From positions 32,001-96,000 of the forward strand of contig CAWBOC010000005.1 of NCBI GenBank assembly GCA_963790305.1: a DNA stretch of 64,000 bases, written 5' to 3'. Positions 20,096 to 30,277 of the stretch are shown here, one piece after another. A program made the translations under genes and the position numbers. Origin of the DNA: an uncultured Gemmatimonadaceae bacterium. GTDB taxonomy: Bacteria; Gemmatimonadota; Gemmatimonadetes; Gemmatimonadales; Gemmatimonadaceae. The first letter of the stretch is position 1, and each line of letters begins with the position of its first letter. Under the pieces are notes generated by a model. The model saw only the letters and a program-made list of their open reading frames with translations, was not told the origin of the DNA and made no database searches.

Positions 20096-20989
20096 ATGAA
20101 AGCTTCCTGGCGCATCGCATTGAGCCTCCCGCTCCTCGCCTGCGGGGACGACGGAGTCGCGCCGGTGCTCGAAGGGCCACCCCTCGTGACGTCGGAGCGG
20201 CGCATCACGTTCTCCTCCACGCGAGACGGGAACCTCGAGATCTACTCGATGAACGTGGACGGGACCGACCAGCGGCGCCTAACGAACCACACCGGCGCCG
20301 ACCACAACGCCGATTGGTCCCCCGACGGAAGCCGGATCGCCTTCATGGGATACCGCGACGGGGATTACGAGCTGTACGTCATGAACGCCGATGGGATCGG
20401 GCTTCGTCAGCTCACTTTCAATTCCGCGCATGACGGGTTTCCACGCTGGTCGCCGAGTGGGCTGGAGATCATGTTCACCTCGCTGCGCGACGGAAACTTC
20501 GAGGTGTACGTGATGAGCGCGTTCGGCGGGAACGAGCGCCGGCTGACGGTGAATCCCACCGACGACGTCGGCGGCGCGTGGTCGCCCGACGGGTCGAAGA
20601 TCGCCTTCTCGTCCGGCCGCGACGGGAATCTCGACGTCTACGTGATGAACGCCGACGGGTCGAACCCCGTGCGCCTCACGGACCACGAGGCGGCCGACGG
20701 CGGCCGCATCGCCTGGTCTCCTGACGGGACGCGGATCGCCTTCTCATCTTTCCGCGACAGCAACGACGAAATTTACGTCATGAACGTCGATGGCACGAAC
20801 GTCACGCGCCTGACGAACAACCCGGCGAAGGACAAGTATCCAGCCTGGTCGCCTGACGGTCTCCGCCTCGCCTTCAGCACCAACCGTGATGGGAACGACG
20901 AGATCTACGTCATGAATGCGGACGGCACCGGGCTCGCCCGCCTGACGAACAATTCGGGTATCGATTTCCTGGATGGGTGGAGGAGGTAA
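20096..20989 (+). CDS. TolB-like beta-propeller (PD40 repeat) lipoprotein
   Basis: Repeats of WSPDG..IAF.S.RDGN.EIYVMNADG...RLT; lipobox LLAC. Confidence 0.9.
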   Translation: MKASWRIALSLPLLACGDDGVAPVLEGPPLVTSERRITFSSTRDGNLEIYSMNVDGTDQRRLTNHTGADHNADWSPDGSRIAFMGYRDGDYELYVMNADGIGLRQLTFNSAHDGFPRWSPSGLEIMFTSLRDGNFEVYVMSAFGGNERRLTVNPTDDVGGAWSPDGSKIAFSSGRDGNLDVYVMNADGSNPVRLTDHEAADGGRIAWSPDGTRIAFSSFRDSNDEIYVMNVDGTNVTRLTNNPAKDKYPAWSPDGLRLAFSTNRDGNDEIYVMNADGTGLARLTNNSGIDFLDGWRR

Positions 20990-21035
20990 GGCAAGCTCGA
21001 CCACCCTTTTTCACCACCCTTCACGCCCACGTCCC

Positions 21036-21869
21036 ATGCACCGTCGCACCTTCCTCACCGCGCTCGGCGTTGCCGCTTGCGCCCCCCGCGCGACCTTCGG
21101 CACGAACCGGCGACTCAAGCGCGTGGGGATTCAGCTCTACTCGCTCCGCGACGACGCCAGGCGCGACCTCGAGCGCACCATCGCCGACATCGCCGCCATG
21201 GGCTACAAGGATGTCGAGCTCCTCGGCTCGATGAAGAACTTCGAAATGCCCCCCGCGCAGCTGCGCGCGGTGCTGGATCGCAATGGGTTGCGTGCTCCAT
21301 CGACCCACGTGAGCGGCAATGCCCTCGACGATCTCGACCGGCAGCTCGACGAGGCACGCATCCTCGGGCACGACTACCTCATCGTCGCGAGCTTGCCGAT
21401 CAGCGGCCCTCGGACCGTCGACGATTACCGTCGCTGGGCCGATCGCCTGAACGAATCAGGAAGGCGCGCGCGAGAACGCGGCGTATGGGTCGGCTTCCAT
21501 AACCACGCCAACGACTTCACGCCGGTCGGCGGGGTCGTGCCGTACGACGTCCTGATGGATCGCACCGATGCGGCGATCGTCCGCATGCAGCTCGACACGG
21601 GGAACATCGCCATGGCGGGCCTCGACCCTCACGAGTACATGCGGCGCTTCGGCCCCCGATACTGGTCGTTCCACATCAAGGACGTCCCGAGCCTCGGCGC
21701 GACGCAGGACACCGAGCTGGGCAAGGGCGCCATCGACTTCCCGCGGCTGCTCGCGAGCATCGACCGGATCGACGAAAAGCATCTCTTCGTCGAGCAGGAG
21801 ACGTATCCGGGGACGCCGCTGGAAAGCATGAAGCGGGATTTCGAGTTCATCTCGCGTTTGGAGTTTTGA
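21036..21869 (+). CDS. Sugar phosphate isomerase/epimerase (TIM barrel), Tat signal
   Basis: MHRRTFL, GIQLYSLR, HNH, HIKD, VEQE. Confidence 0.88.
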   Translation: MHRRTFLTALGVAACAPRATFGTNRRLKRVGIQLYSLRDDARRDLERTIADIAAMGYKDVELLGSMKNFEMPPAQLRAVLDRNGLRAPSTHVSGNALDDLDRQLDEARILGHDYLIVASLPISGPRTVDDYRRWADRLNESGRRARERGVWVGFHNHANDFTPVGGVVPYDVLMDRTDAAIVRMQLDTGNIAMAGLDPHEYMRRFGPRYWSFHIKDVPSLGATQDTELGKGAIDFPRLLASIDRIDEKHLFVEQETYPGTPLESMKRDFEFISRLEF

Positions 21870-21887
21870 TCCGCGGTCGGGGCCCTC

Positions 21888-21975
21888 TGCGCAACGAGCC
21901 GTTCCAAAAAGCAGTAGCACAGAGACACACAGAGACAGAAACTTTCTCTGTGTGTCTCTGTGCTACCGCTCTTTT
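21888..21975. repeat. Family A variant palindrome (CACAGAGA units)
   Basis: tgcgcaacgagcc then gtagcacagagacacacagaga-loop-tctctgtgtgtctctgtgctac. Confidence 0.8.
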
Positions 21976-22053
21976 CAGCGGGGGCTCCGCTATTGCGCCA
22001 TCGGAGACATTTCTCCCTATTAGCCGGGACGACTCCGAGGAAAGGCGACGCCA

Positions 22054-23733
22054 ATGCAAGCACAGAGCTACGACGCGATCGTGGTGGGGTCGGGGATATC
22101 CGGCGGCTGGGCGGCCAAGGAGCTCACCGAGAAAGGGCTCCGCGTCCTTCTGCTCGAGCGGGGGCGCAACGTCGAGCACATCAAGGACTACGTCAACGCA
22201 ACCAAAGGGCCCTGGGAATACCCGCATCGCGGCGGGCGCACGCAGGACATGATCCGCCGCTACCCGGTGCTCAAGCGCGACTTTCCGCTCAACGAGAAGA
22301 ATCTCGACTTCTGGGCATCCGACCAGGACTCTCCGTACACCGAGGTCAAGCGCTTCGACTGGTATCGCGGCTATCAGGTCGGCGGCCGGTCGCTCATGTG
22401 GGGCCGGTGCAGCTTTCGGCTCAGCGACATCGACTTCGAAGCCAACCTCAAGGATGGCATCGCCAGCGACTGGCCGATTCGCTACGCCGAGATCGCGCCC
22501 TGGTACAGCCACGCGGAGCGGTTCGCCGGGATCGCGGGATCCAAGGAAGGCCTCGAGCAATTGCCGGATGGTGAATTTCAGCCGCCGATGGCGCTCAACT
22601 GCGCCGAGGAGCTGATCGCGTCACGCCTGACGAGTCGCTTCGGCGGAAAGCGCCGGCTGATCTCGAGTCGCACCGCGAATCTGACCCAGCCCCTCCCCGG
22701 GCGAGGGGCGTGTCAATACCGCGATGCCTGCTGGCTCGGCTGCTCGTACGGCGCCTATTTCAGCACGCAGTCGGCGACGCTGCCGGCCGCCATGCGCACC
22801 GGGCGCCTAACGCTTCGTCCCTTCGCGATCGCCAGCGAGGTGCTGTACGACCGCGACCGCAAGCGCGCGACGGGAGTTCGCGTGCTCGACGCCATCACCA
22901 ATGAGACGACGGACTACACGGCGAAGGTCGTCTTCCTGTGCGCATCGACGCTCAATTCCACCTGGCTGCTCATGCGCTCGGCGACCAATGTCTGGCCGGG
23001 TGGACTCGGCAGCAGCTCGGGCGAGCTCGGGCACAACCTGATGGACCACCACTTTCGCGTCGGGGCAGCCGGCCAGGTCGATGGATTGGACGACAAGTAC
23101 CTCTACGGTCGTCGTCCGAATCCGTCCTACGTCCCGCGCTATCGCAACCTCGGTGACGACAAGCGACCCTATCTGCGCGGATTCGGGTACGAGGGCGGCG
23201 CCGGCCGCGAAGGGTGGTGGCGCGCCGTAGCCGAGCTCGGTGTCGGCGGAGCGTTCAAGGATGCGATGACCGAGCCCGGGCGATGGTCGTTCGGCGCCAC
23301 CGCCTTCGGGGAGATGCTCCCGAATCACGCCAACACGGTGACGCTCGACGAGACGAAGAAGGACAAATGGGGACTGCCCGTCCTCAAGATCGACTGCGCG
23401 ATCGGCGAGAACGAGCGGCTCATGCGGAAGGACATGGCGGCAGACATGGCCGAGATGCTCACCGCGGTCGGCCTCAAGGACGTGCACACGTTCGACGACG
23501 AATACTATCCGGGCATGGGCATCCACGAGATGGGCACGGCGCGCATGGGGCGCGATCCGAAGACGTCGGTGCTCAACAAGTGGAATCAGGTGTGGGATGC
23601 ACCTAACGTCTTCGTCACCGACGGCTCCTGCATGGCGTCGACGGCGTGTCAGAATCCCTCGCTGACGTACATGGCGTTGACGGCCCGCGCGGCAGACCAC
23701 GCGGTGAATGAGCTGAATCGGCGGAGCCTTTGA
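22054..23733 (+). CDS. GMC family oxidoreductase (sugar dehydrogenase flavoprotein)
   Basis: VGSGISGG FAD motif, VGGRSLMWG, HEMGTARMG, NPSLTYMAL. Confidence 0.93.
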   Translation: MQAQSYDAIVVGSGISGGWAAKELTEKGLRVLLLERGRNVEHIKDYVNATKGPWEYPHRGGRTQDMIRRYPVLKRDFPLNEKNLDFWASDQDSPYTEVKRFDWYRGYQVGGRSLMWGRCSFRLSDIDFEANLKDGIASDWPIRYAEIAPWYSHAERFAGIAGSKEGLEQLPDGEFQPPMALNCAEELIASRLTSRFGGKRRLISSRTANLTQPLPGRGACQYRDACWLGCSYGAYFSTQSATLPAAMRTGRLTLRPFAIASEVLYDRDRKRATGVRVLDAITNETTDYTAKVVFLCASTLNSTWLLMRSATNVWPGGLGSSSGELGHNLMDHHFRVGAAGQVDGLDDKYLYGRRPNPSYVPRYRNLGDDKRPYLRGFGYEGGAGREGWWRAVAELGVGGAFKDAMTEPGRWSFGATAFGEMLPNHANTVTLDETKKDKWGLPVLKIDCAIGENERLMRKDMAADMAEMLTAVGLKDVHTFDDEYYPGMGIHEMGTARMGRDPKTSVLNKWNQVWDAPNVFVTDGSCMASTACQNPSLTYMALTARAADHAVNELNRRSL

Positions 23734-23754
23734 GGAGCTAAGGGTTCCGACGAG

Positions 23755-24468
23755 CTACCGTTTGGCCGTCGTTCGCCCTTTCGGTGGTTTTGCTCGACGC
23801 CTCGCGATGGGCATCACCGGCCAATGCGCGAGCAGATCTCCCGGATCCTCGTACACCGCGATCGCGTCGTCGAGCGCATCATCGTCCCACCATCCGCCGC
23901 AGCGTAACGCGATCGTGCGAACGCCGGCTTTTGTGGCCGCCTCAATGTCGTAGGGCGTGTCGCCGAGCATGACGAGCTCGCCCGGTTTCAGCTTGCTCTT
24001 CTTCGTGGCGGCGCCAATGACATCCGGATCGGGCTTGGAATTGTCGACGTCGCCTGACGAGGTCGCCGCATGGATCAGATCCTCGATCCCCGCCTGCTCG
24101 AGTAAACCCTTCATCTCGTCGCCACCGGCCGATGTGGCCACGACCAGTGCCAGGCCGTCGGCGAGCAACCGCTCGAGCAGGGCGCGAGCGCCCGGCGTCG
24201 GTTTGAGATCCGGCAGGTAGCGCTGCTCGAAGATCCCTTTCTTCCGCTCGACGATCGCCTTGCCTTCGCGGGTGTCGTGCTCGAAGCCCGTGAGCGAGGG
24301 AATGAGCTTGTCGCTTCCCATGCCGACGAGTGGCCGCACGTGGTCGAAGGGGATGTCGAGCCCGTGCTCGGCGAACGCGCGCGTGAACGCCGCCGCGTGG
24401 GCGTCGTTGCTATCGAGGAGCGTGCCGTCAATGTCCAGGAGGACACCCTTGAGAGGAGCCGTCGCCAT
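23755..24468 (-). CDS. HAD family hydrolase
   Basis: DIDGTLLDS, SKPDP, GDTPYD. Confidence 0.92.
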   Translation of the reverse strand: MATAPLKGVLLDIDGTLLDSNDAHAAAFTRAFAEHGLDIPFDHVRPLVGMGSDKLIPSLTGFEHDTREGKAIVERKKGIFEQRYLPDLKPTPGARALLERLLADGLALVVATSAGGDEMKGLLEQAGIEDLIHAATSSGDVDNSKPDPDVIGAATKKSKLKPGELVMLGDTPYDIEAATKAGVRTIALRCGGWWDDDALDDAIAVYEDPGDLLAHWPVMPIARRRAKPPKGRTTAKR

Positions 24469-24539
24469 GGCCGTACGGAGAGCAAGAACGTAGCCGACCC
24501 GCGTTAAAGGGCTGTTGGTTTTGTTGTGCGTACGGCGAG

Positions 24540-25529
24540 TTACGACCTCGACAGCTTTGACCAAACTGCCGGATCCTCCTGTCCAAGCCTCCAGAACGCG
24601 AACCGCGTCACCCCTAATTTCCCGGCGCCCTGCATCAACTCCTCGAGCAGGGTCGCGTCGGTGAGCCATATGGCAGAATTGCCATTCCCGCGGCTGCCGC
24701 GCACCGTCTTCGATACGGAGTCACGGGTCATCACCATGGAGTCGCGCTGAGCGTTGCGCATTCCCGTCGCGTAGGAAACGCCGACACCCGGCTTGCCTTT
24801 CACCCAGTGATACCCGTAGAGCGGCAACCCCGCGATGACTCGTGAGGCACCAACCTCGGTGACGACGCGCGACAGATTGCGCGACACCCAGTCGGGGGCG
24901 GAGATCGGTCCCGCTGGCGAGCCCGGCCAGTGCTGGTCGTAGAGCATCACCAGCACGAAGTCGGCAACGCCCGCCAGCTCGCGCGTCGGGTACGCCTCGT
25001 CAGGCTCGGCGGGGATGGCGACGGCGACCGTCGTCACGCCACGCGCTTTCGCCGAATCGGCGATCGCGCGCACCACCGCCAGCTGCGCGGGCACGTCGCG
25101 TCCCTCGAGCGTCTCGAAGTCCAGGACGAGCCCGGTGTAGCGCATGGACTGGGCATAGCGCGCAATGCGGCCGGCGACCTGACCGCGACGCGCGGGATCG
25201 GACCCCAACGCTCGAATCGATGTCGCATGAAAACCCTGTCCGTGCCACGAGGTCACCAGGCCAAACCGCCGCGGTGTCCCCGAGGCGAGGCGCATCGTGT
25301 CCGCGTACGCGGACGGTAGCAGCGGCTCTCCGGTCAAACTGTCGAGCGCGATCCATCCCGTGACCGCGGCGTCGAGTCGCGACGCGTTGGCGCGAAGGCT
25401 CGCGTCGCTCAGCGGATCCCACGGTCCGGTGAACGCCCAGAACGACTTACGCTCCTGAACGCTTCCGCCGAGCGCCGTGCAGGCGACGACCGTGACAAAG
25501 AAGACAACAACCAATGTGAAACGCCGCAT
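24540..25529 (-). CDS. GH18 glycosyl hydrolase, exported
   Basis: GLVLDFE, MLYDQH, GLPLYGY, FWRLGQED; start ATG 25529. Confidence 0.85.
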   Translation of the reverse strand: MRRFTLVVVFFVTVVACTALGGSVQERKSFWAFTGPWDPLSDASLRANASRLDAAVTGWIALDSLTGEPLLPSAYADTMRLASGTPRRFGLVTSWHGQGFHATSIRALGSDPARRGQVAGRIARYAQSMRYTGLVLDFETLEGRDVPAQLAVVRAIADSAKARGVTTVAVAIPAEPDEAYPTRELAGVADFVLVMLYDQHWPGSPAGPISAPDWVSRNLSRVVTEVGASRVIAGLPLYGYHWVKGKPGVGVSYATGMRNAQRDSMVMTRDSVSKTVRGSRGNGNSAIWLTDATLLEELMQGAGKLGVTRFAFWRLGQEDPAVWSKLSRS

Positions 25530-25602
25530 GAGGGCACGCCAATTGAAAGAGTAGGAAGGCTCGGATTCAAGCTCAATCAACGTGCCAGGCTGCACGCGGG
25601 AT

Positions 25603-26328
25603 ATGTCCACCGACGATCCATTCTTCGACGGGGCCCTGCCCAGCGGCATCGAGCCACTCGATGCCCTGCTCGGAGCTCTCGTTCCCGGCCGCATTCATGT
25701 GATCTGCGGCACAACCGGCACCGCGAAAACGATCGCGGCGCTTCAGTTCGCGTACGCGGCAGTCGCGGAGCGATCGACGGCCCTCCTCCTCACCCAGGAT
25801 GACGCCGCCGACATCTCCGCTCTCGGACGCTATCTCGGCATGCGCCTCGGCGACGCGGTGCGCGCGGGACAACTGACCATTCTGCGCTGTCGCGGCGATT
25901 TCGCGCGCCGTTATCGCCAGGCGGCCGAGCCCGAGTCGGTGTTCGATGAGCTGCGCTCGCTGGTGGGGTGGAAGCTGCCCACGCGCATCGCCGTGGACTC
26001 CATGGCGGCGTTCATGGAGGTCTCGCCGACGTCGAGCGCTCCAGTCGGGGCGCTGGCACGGTGGCTCGAGTCGACGGGGGCGACCTCGCTCGTCACGTAC
26101 CCGGGAGACGTCGCCCGGACGGATGATCTGCGGGTGGACGCGCTCCTCCAACGCGCGGCGGCCGTCGTGCGCTTCAATGCGCATACGGAGCGGGGGCGGC
26201 GCATGGAGGCGCTCAAGACGCGCTTCTCCGGTGCCTCACGAGCGCCCGTCGAGTTCCGCATCGAAGGTGGACGCGGCATCGTGGGCGGCGGCGATGGACT
26301 GCGACTCGCGACTCGCGCCTCCGCATGA
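25603..26328 (+). CDS. KaiC/RAD55-like RecA-superfamily ATPase, degenerate
   Basis: SGIEPLDALLG, Walker A-like GTTGTAKT, RIAVDS, KTR, FRIEGGRGI. Confidence 0.8.
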   Translation: MSTDDPFFDGALPSGIEPLDALLGALVPGRIHVICGTTGTAKTIAALQFAYAAVAERSTALLLTQDDAADISALGRYLGMRLGDAVRAGQLTILRCRGDFARRYRQAAEPESVFDELRSLVGWKLPTRIAVDSMAAFMEVSPTSSAPVGALARWLESTGATSLVTYPGDVARTDDLRVDALLQRAAAVVRFNAHTERGRRMEALKTRFSGASRAPVEFRIEGGRGIVGGGDGLRLATRASA

Positions 26329-26819
26329 TTCGCGACCGCTACGCCATGCTGTTCAGCCTCGGCATCGTCATCCTGACGACCGGTGCCGCGTACGCGTACA
26401 GTCACCTCGGCGCGACGCCGACGCGTGCGATGCTGGTGCTCCCGGCATCCAGTGGGGGGCCGCTCAAGGTCGGGGTCGATCGCGCGATCGCCCCGTCGCC
26501 CGAGGACTATCGCCGGTTCGCCGCGGACAATGCTGCGTGGCGGCGTAAGAACGCTCGCCTGCTGACCGCGGACGAGTATCGCGCGCGCGGCGACTGGCGC
26601 ACGCCCGAGCGTCAGGCGCTCGACGACCGCGTGTTCGCGCTGACCAAACGCGGTGAGAACGCGAAGGCGATCGCCGAGCTCGAGCGTTGGGTCGCGAGCC
26701 ATCCGCGCGACAGTGAAGCGCTCCTCGACCTCGCCCGCCTGACGAATCAGGTCGGCCGGAACGACGAATCCCTCCGGTGGTATCGCGAGGTGCTCGCGCT
26801 CAAGGAACGCGCCCGGTGA
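26325..26819 (+). CDS. Membrane-anchored TPR-like protein
   Basis: N-terminal TM helix, C-terminal TPR pattern; ATGA overlap with upstream gene. Confidence 0.7.
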   Translation: MIRDRYAMLFSLGIVILTTGAAYAYSHLGATPTRAMLVLPASSGGPLKVGVDRAIAPSPEDYRRFAADNAAWRRKNARLLTADEYRARGDWRTPERQALDDRVFALTKRGENAKAIAELERWVASHPRDSEALLDLARLTNQVGRNDESLRWYREVLALKERAR

Positions 26820-28678
26820 AGCACTGCCTCGTGATCGGAGTGCTGCTGGCAACGCTGCCAGCCGCACTCCCCGCGCAACGTCAGGGGGACACGCGGCGCA
26901 TTCGCGCCGAGTATGCGGCCGTGCTCCTTCAATCGAAGAAGTACGATGAAGCCATCGCGGAATACCGCCGCCTCGTCAGCGCGGAGCCGAGCCGCTTCGA
27001 GTATCGCATGGGCCTGGCCCGCGCGCTCGCGTGGTCCAAACGGCATCGCGACGCCGAGAACGAGCTGTCGCGGCTGCGCGCCCTGAGGCCTGGCCACGCC
27101 GAGGTCGAGCAGCTCACGCGAACCGTCCGCGCCGCGCTCGATCCGTCCTCGGGCGAGGCACGGTCGTGGGTGGCGCATGACCCGGGGCATCTCCCGTATC
27201 GCATTCAGCTCGCGCGCGCCTATGCGCGCGAAGGGAGGTCTCGTCAGGCAGCCGACCAGTTCGACACGATCTTCCGCGGAGGCGCGCGCGACGATCTCGC
27301 GCAGGAGGCGGCCGCGGCGAATGCGGATGCGAAGCGCTTCGCGACGGCGTTGCCTCTGTATCGCCGCGCCATCTCCCGGGCGCCCTCGGACACCGCGCTC
27401 CGCCACGACTATGCGCGATCGCTCTGGTTGGCTGGCGAACGTCGCGCGTCGCTGGCGCAGTACGACACGCTGCTCCTGCGCTTCCCGTCCCCGGCGTGGC
27501 TCGTCGAGCGCGCGAAGCTCCGCGTCGCCATGCGTGACCACAATGGCGCCGAGCGCGATCTCGCGTCCGCGATCGCAATGTGTCCGACTGCCGAAGCGTA
27601 CTTCGTACGGGGGGAGCTGCGCCGGTGGAACGGCCAGCTCGGCGCGGCGCGCGCCGAGTATGAGCGCGCGCTGCAGCTCGCAGGGACCGACTCGGCCGGC
27701 AGGGAGATTCGCGATCTCATCGCGCTCATCGAGCGCGAGGCGCGCCCCTCGCTTGGCGCGGCCCCCGAAGGCGATGCGGTCGGCTGGGTAGGGCGTGCCG
27801 AGCTCGCCGCGGACAACACCGGCTTCTCGTACGTCAGCGGCGGCGGACGCTACGGCATGCCGCTGGGACGACTCGCGGCCGCCAGCATCGGCGTCGAGCA
27901 GCGACGCGTTGCCGCGAAATACGATCTCTATACGCGCGAGAGCTACGGCTTCGGAGCCGACCTGGGAGCGACGGTAGGCCTTCCGTTCGCGCGGCTCAGC
28001 GCCCGCGGAGGGATGCTTCGCCATGGCGGCACCACGGAGACGGGATACGGCAGTGTCGGGGTGATCGGATGGTGGCGCTCGTGGCGAGCCTCGGCGGAGG
28101 TGAAGCGCGAGCTGGCGTTCCCGCTTCTGATGACCGCTCGCGCGCTGGCGACCAGCGATGAGATCGAGCCGGGAGAGACCGTCGACGCATCGATCATGGC
28201 CACCCGCCAGATCTACGGGTTGGCAGGCGCCGTCGGCGTCGTCGATTTCGGGATCGTCGCCGACATCATGCGTCTCACCGACGGCAACTCGCGGCCCGCC
28301 TTCACGACGACAGTGCGGTACCCGCTCGGTGACGCAATGTCGGCGCTCTACGTCGCGAGCGACCTCCGCTTCGAGGAACGCAGCGCGTTTTACTGGGATC
28401 CGACGCACTACATGGCGCACTCGTTAGGGCTGGAGGCATCGGCGCGTCGGGATCGCGGGCTGTCATACGTGGGCCGGCTCCTCACGGGCTTTGCGCGCAG
28501 CTCGCAGCTGGATACGACGGTCACGACCAGCTACGCCTTCCATGGTTCTGCCGAAGGCGAGCTGACGTATCGCGCCTCCGGGTGGGACGCGGGCCTCACG
28601 TCGTGGTACGGCCGGGGACGGGACGGGGACTACCAGCGCTGGGGCGGGAGCTTCCGGATTCGGCTGAGCACGCCATGA
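26816..28678 (+). CDS. TPR + C-terminal beta-barrel export protein (PgaA/BcsC-like architecture)
   Basis: Signal peptide from GTG 26816, TPR helices, then amphipathic beta strands with YWDP. Confidence 0.7.
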   Translation: MKHCLVIGVLLATLPAALPAQRQGDTRRIRAEYAAVLLQSKKYDEAIAEYRRLVSAEPSRFEYRMGLARALAWSKRHRDAENELSRLRALRPGHAEVEQLTRTVRAALDPSSGEARSWVAHDPGHLPYRIQLARAYAREGRSRQAADQFDTIFRGGARDDLAQEAAAANADAKRFATALPLYRRAISRAPSDTALRHDYARSLWLAGERRASLAQYDTLLLRFPSPAWLVERAKLRVAMRDHNGAERDLASAIAMCPTAEAYFVRGELRRWNGQLGAARAEYERALQLAGTDSAGREIRDLIALIEREARPSLGAAPEGDAVGWVGRAELAADNTGFSYVSGGGRYGMPLGRLAAASIGVEQRRVAAKYDLYTRESYGFGADLGATVGLPFARLSARGGMLRHGGTTETGYGSVGVIGWWRSWRASAEVKRELAFPLLMTARALATSDEIEPGETVDASIMATRQIYGLAGAVGVVDFGIVADIMRLTDGNSRPAFTTTVRYPLGDAMSALYVASDLRFEERSAFYWDPTHYMAHSLGLEASARRDRGLSYVGRLLTGFARSSQLDTTVTTSYAFHGSAEGELTYRASGWDAGLTSWYGRGRDGDYQRWGGSFRIRLSTP

Positions 28679-29988
28679 TCACGCGCCGCCGGCTCGCGCA
28701 CGCCGCGCCGATCTCGATCGTGCTGCTCGTCATCGCGGCTGCGGTGTTCTGGCTGCATGCGCGCTTCGCGATCGAGGCCGAGAGCGTCGTCCTCAGGATC
28801 GGCGTGACATTCCTGCTCGCCTTCTTGATCCTCCTCGTCGCCAGGTACGTGGTGCTGCTCTGGCTGAGCTACCTGCATCACATCGGAATGCGGGATGCGG
28901 AATGCGGAACCGTCGTCGATGCTCCCGTGTCGATTCTCGTGCCTGCCTTCAATGAAGGACCCGTCATCGAGGCCGCGATCGGGAGTCTGCTCGAGCTGGA
29001 TTGGCCGTCGTTCGAGATCATCGTCATCAATGACGGCTCGACCAATGACACCTACGAGCGCGCCTGCACCCTCGAGGGGATGCACGGCGCCGCGACGGTT
29101 CGCGTCATCCGAAAGGCGAACGCCGGCAAGGCGAGCGCGCTCAACACGGGATTGGCGGCCGCGTCCTCACCATTCGTGCTGTGCATGGACGCGGACTCCC
29201 GATTGTCGCGTGACACACTGCGGCGAGCAATGCGTCACTTCCGGAATCCGCGCATCGGCGCCGTCGCGGGCAACGTGAAGGTCGTCAATCGCGGCACGCT
29301 GTGGACGCGGCTCCAGGCGCTCGAGTACATCCAGGGGCTGAACCTTCCGCGGCGCGCGCAGGGATTTCTGCGCGTCGTCAACATCATTCCCGGCCCGATC
29401 GGTGTCTTCCGGCGTGAAGTCCTCACGCGAGTCGGCGGATACGACACCGACACCTTCGCCGAGGACGCCGACGTCACCATCAAGATCCTCGGCGCCGGTT
29501 GGCAGATCGTCTACGAGGATGGCGCGATCGCGTGGACGGAAGCGCCGGAGACGGTGCACGAGCTGCTCAAGCAGCGCTATCGCTGGACGCGCGGAATCCT
29601 TCAGGCCCTCCGAAAGCGGGGCGACTGGCTGGCACGTCCGCGCGGCGACACGGCGGTGTGGCTTTCGCTCCAGGCGCTCCTGTTCGAGGCGATCGTATGG
29701 CCGGTGGTGAACGTCGTCGGCAATCTGTTGTTCGCGATCGCAGCGCTCTCGCTGGGCGCCGCCTCAATGGTGCTCCACTGGTGGCTTCTGTTGACGATGC
29801 TCGACCTCGCCGCGGCGCTGCACACCGTGGCGATGGAAGAGGAGGACATCACCCTCGTCCCGCTCGCTATTCCCTATCGCTTCTTCTTCATCACGTTGAT
29901 CGACGTGGCGAAGATGTTCGCGACGGTGGAGGAGTTCGCCCGCGTGCGGATGACGTGGGGGAAGCTGGAAAGAGTGGGAAGAATCTGA
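28675..29988 (+). CDS. Processive GT2 glycosyltransferase (PgaC/IcaA-like synthase)
   Basis: PAFNE, DGS, GKASALN, DAD, AED, QRYRW; 2 N-terminal and several C-terminal TMs. Confidence 0.9.
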   Translation: MITRRRLAHAAPISIVLLVIAAAVFWLHARFAIEAESVVLRIGVTFLLAFLILLVARYVVLLWLSYLHHIGMRDAECGTVVDAPVSILVPAFNEGPVIEAAIGSLLELDWPSFEIIVINDGSTNDTYERACTLEGMHGAATVRVIRKANAGKASALNTGLAAASSPFVLCMDADSRLSRDTLRRAMRHFRNPRIGAVAGNVKVVNRGTLWTRLQALEYIQGLNLPRRAQGFLRVVNIIPGPIGVFRREVLTRVGGYDTDTFAEDADVTIKILGAGWQIVYEDGAIAWTEAPETVHELLKQRYRWTRGILQALRKRGDWLARPRGDTAVWLSLQALLFEAIVWPVVNVVGNLLFAIAALSLGAASMVLHWWLLLTMLDLAAALHTVAMEEEDITLVPLAIPYRFFFITLIDVAKMFATVEEFARVRMTWGKLERVGRI

Positions 29989-30071
29989 GCGCTAAGGGCG
30001 CTAGAGGCGCTAAGGGCGCTGAACTGCTCTCCCCTTAGCGCCCCTAGCGCCCCTAGCGCCCCTAGCGCCCT
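29987..30071. repeat. Tandem-unit palindrome, family D (GGCGCTAAG / CCTAGCGCC 9-mers) inside the operon
   Basis: gcgctaagggcgctagaggcgctaagggcgct-loop-ttagcgcccctagcgcccctagcgcccctagcgccc. Confidence 0.88.
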
Positions 30072-30079
30072 TGGAAACC

Positions 30080-30277
30080 ATGACCATCGAAAAACTCTTC
30101 TCCACCATCATCCTCGTCGCTTTTCTCGTCACGATCTTCCTCGCAATGGGGAGCTACGCCGCGTACAAGTGGCGCGAGTCGCGGCGGCCGAAGCTCGACA
30201 GCCAGGCGTCGAGCGACGAGCCGGTGTATTTCGAGCGAATTACGCTCGGCGTCGAGGATGATGACACCGCGCGGTAG
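30080..30277 (+). CDS. Small single-pass membrane protein
   Basis: MTIEKLFSTIILVAFLVTIFLAMGSYAAYKW; 65 aa between synthase and deacetylase. Confidence 0.7.
   Translation: MTIEKLFSTIILVAFLVTIFLAMGSYAAYKWRESRRPKLDSQASSDEPVYFERITLGVEDDDTAR

Noticed and set aside
20200..20960. DNA-level direct repeats in the PD40 gene (and in the HEAT genes at 34750-36500)
   Set aside because: Explained by protein repeats with synonymous divergence.
25603..26328. Circadian kaiC
   Set aside because: Single degenerate domain, no kaiA/kaiB, embedded in a polysaccharide operon.
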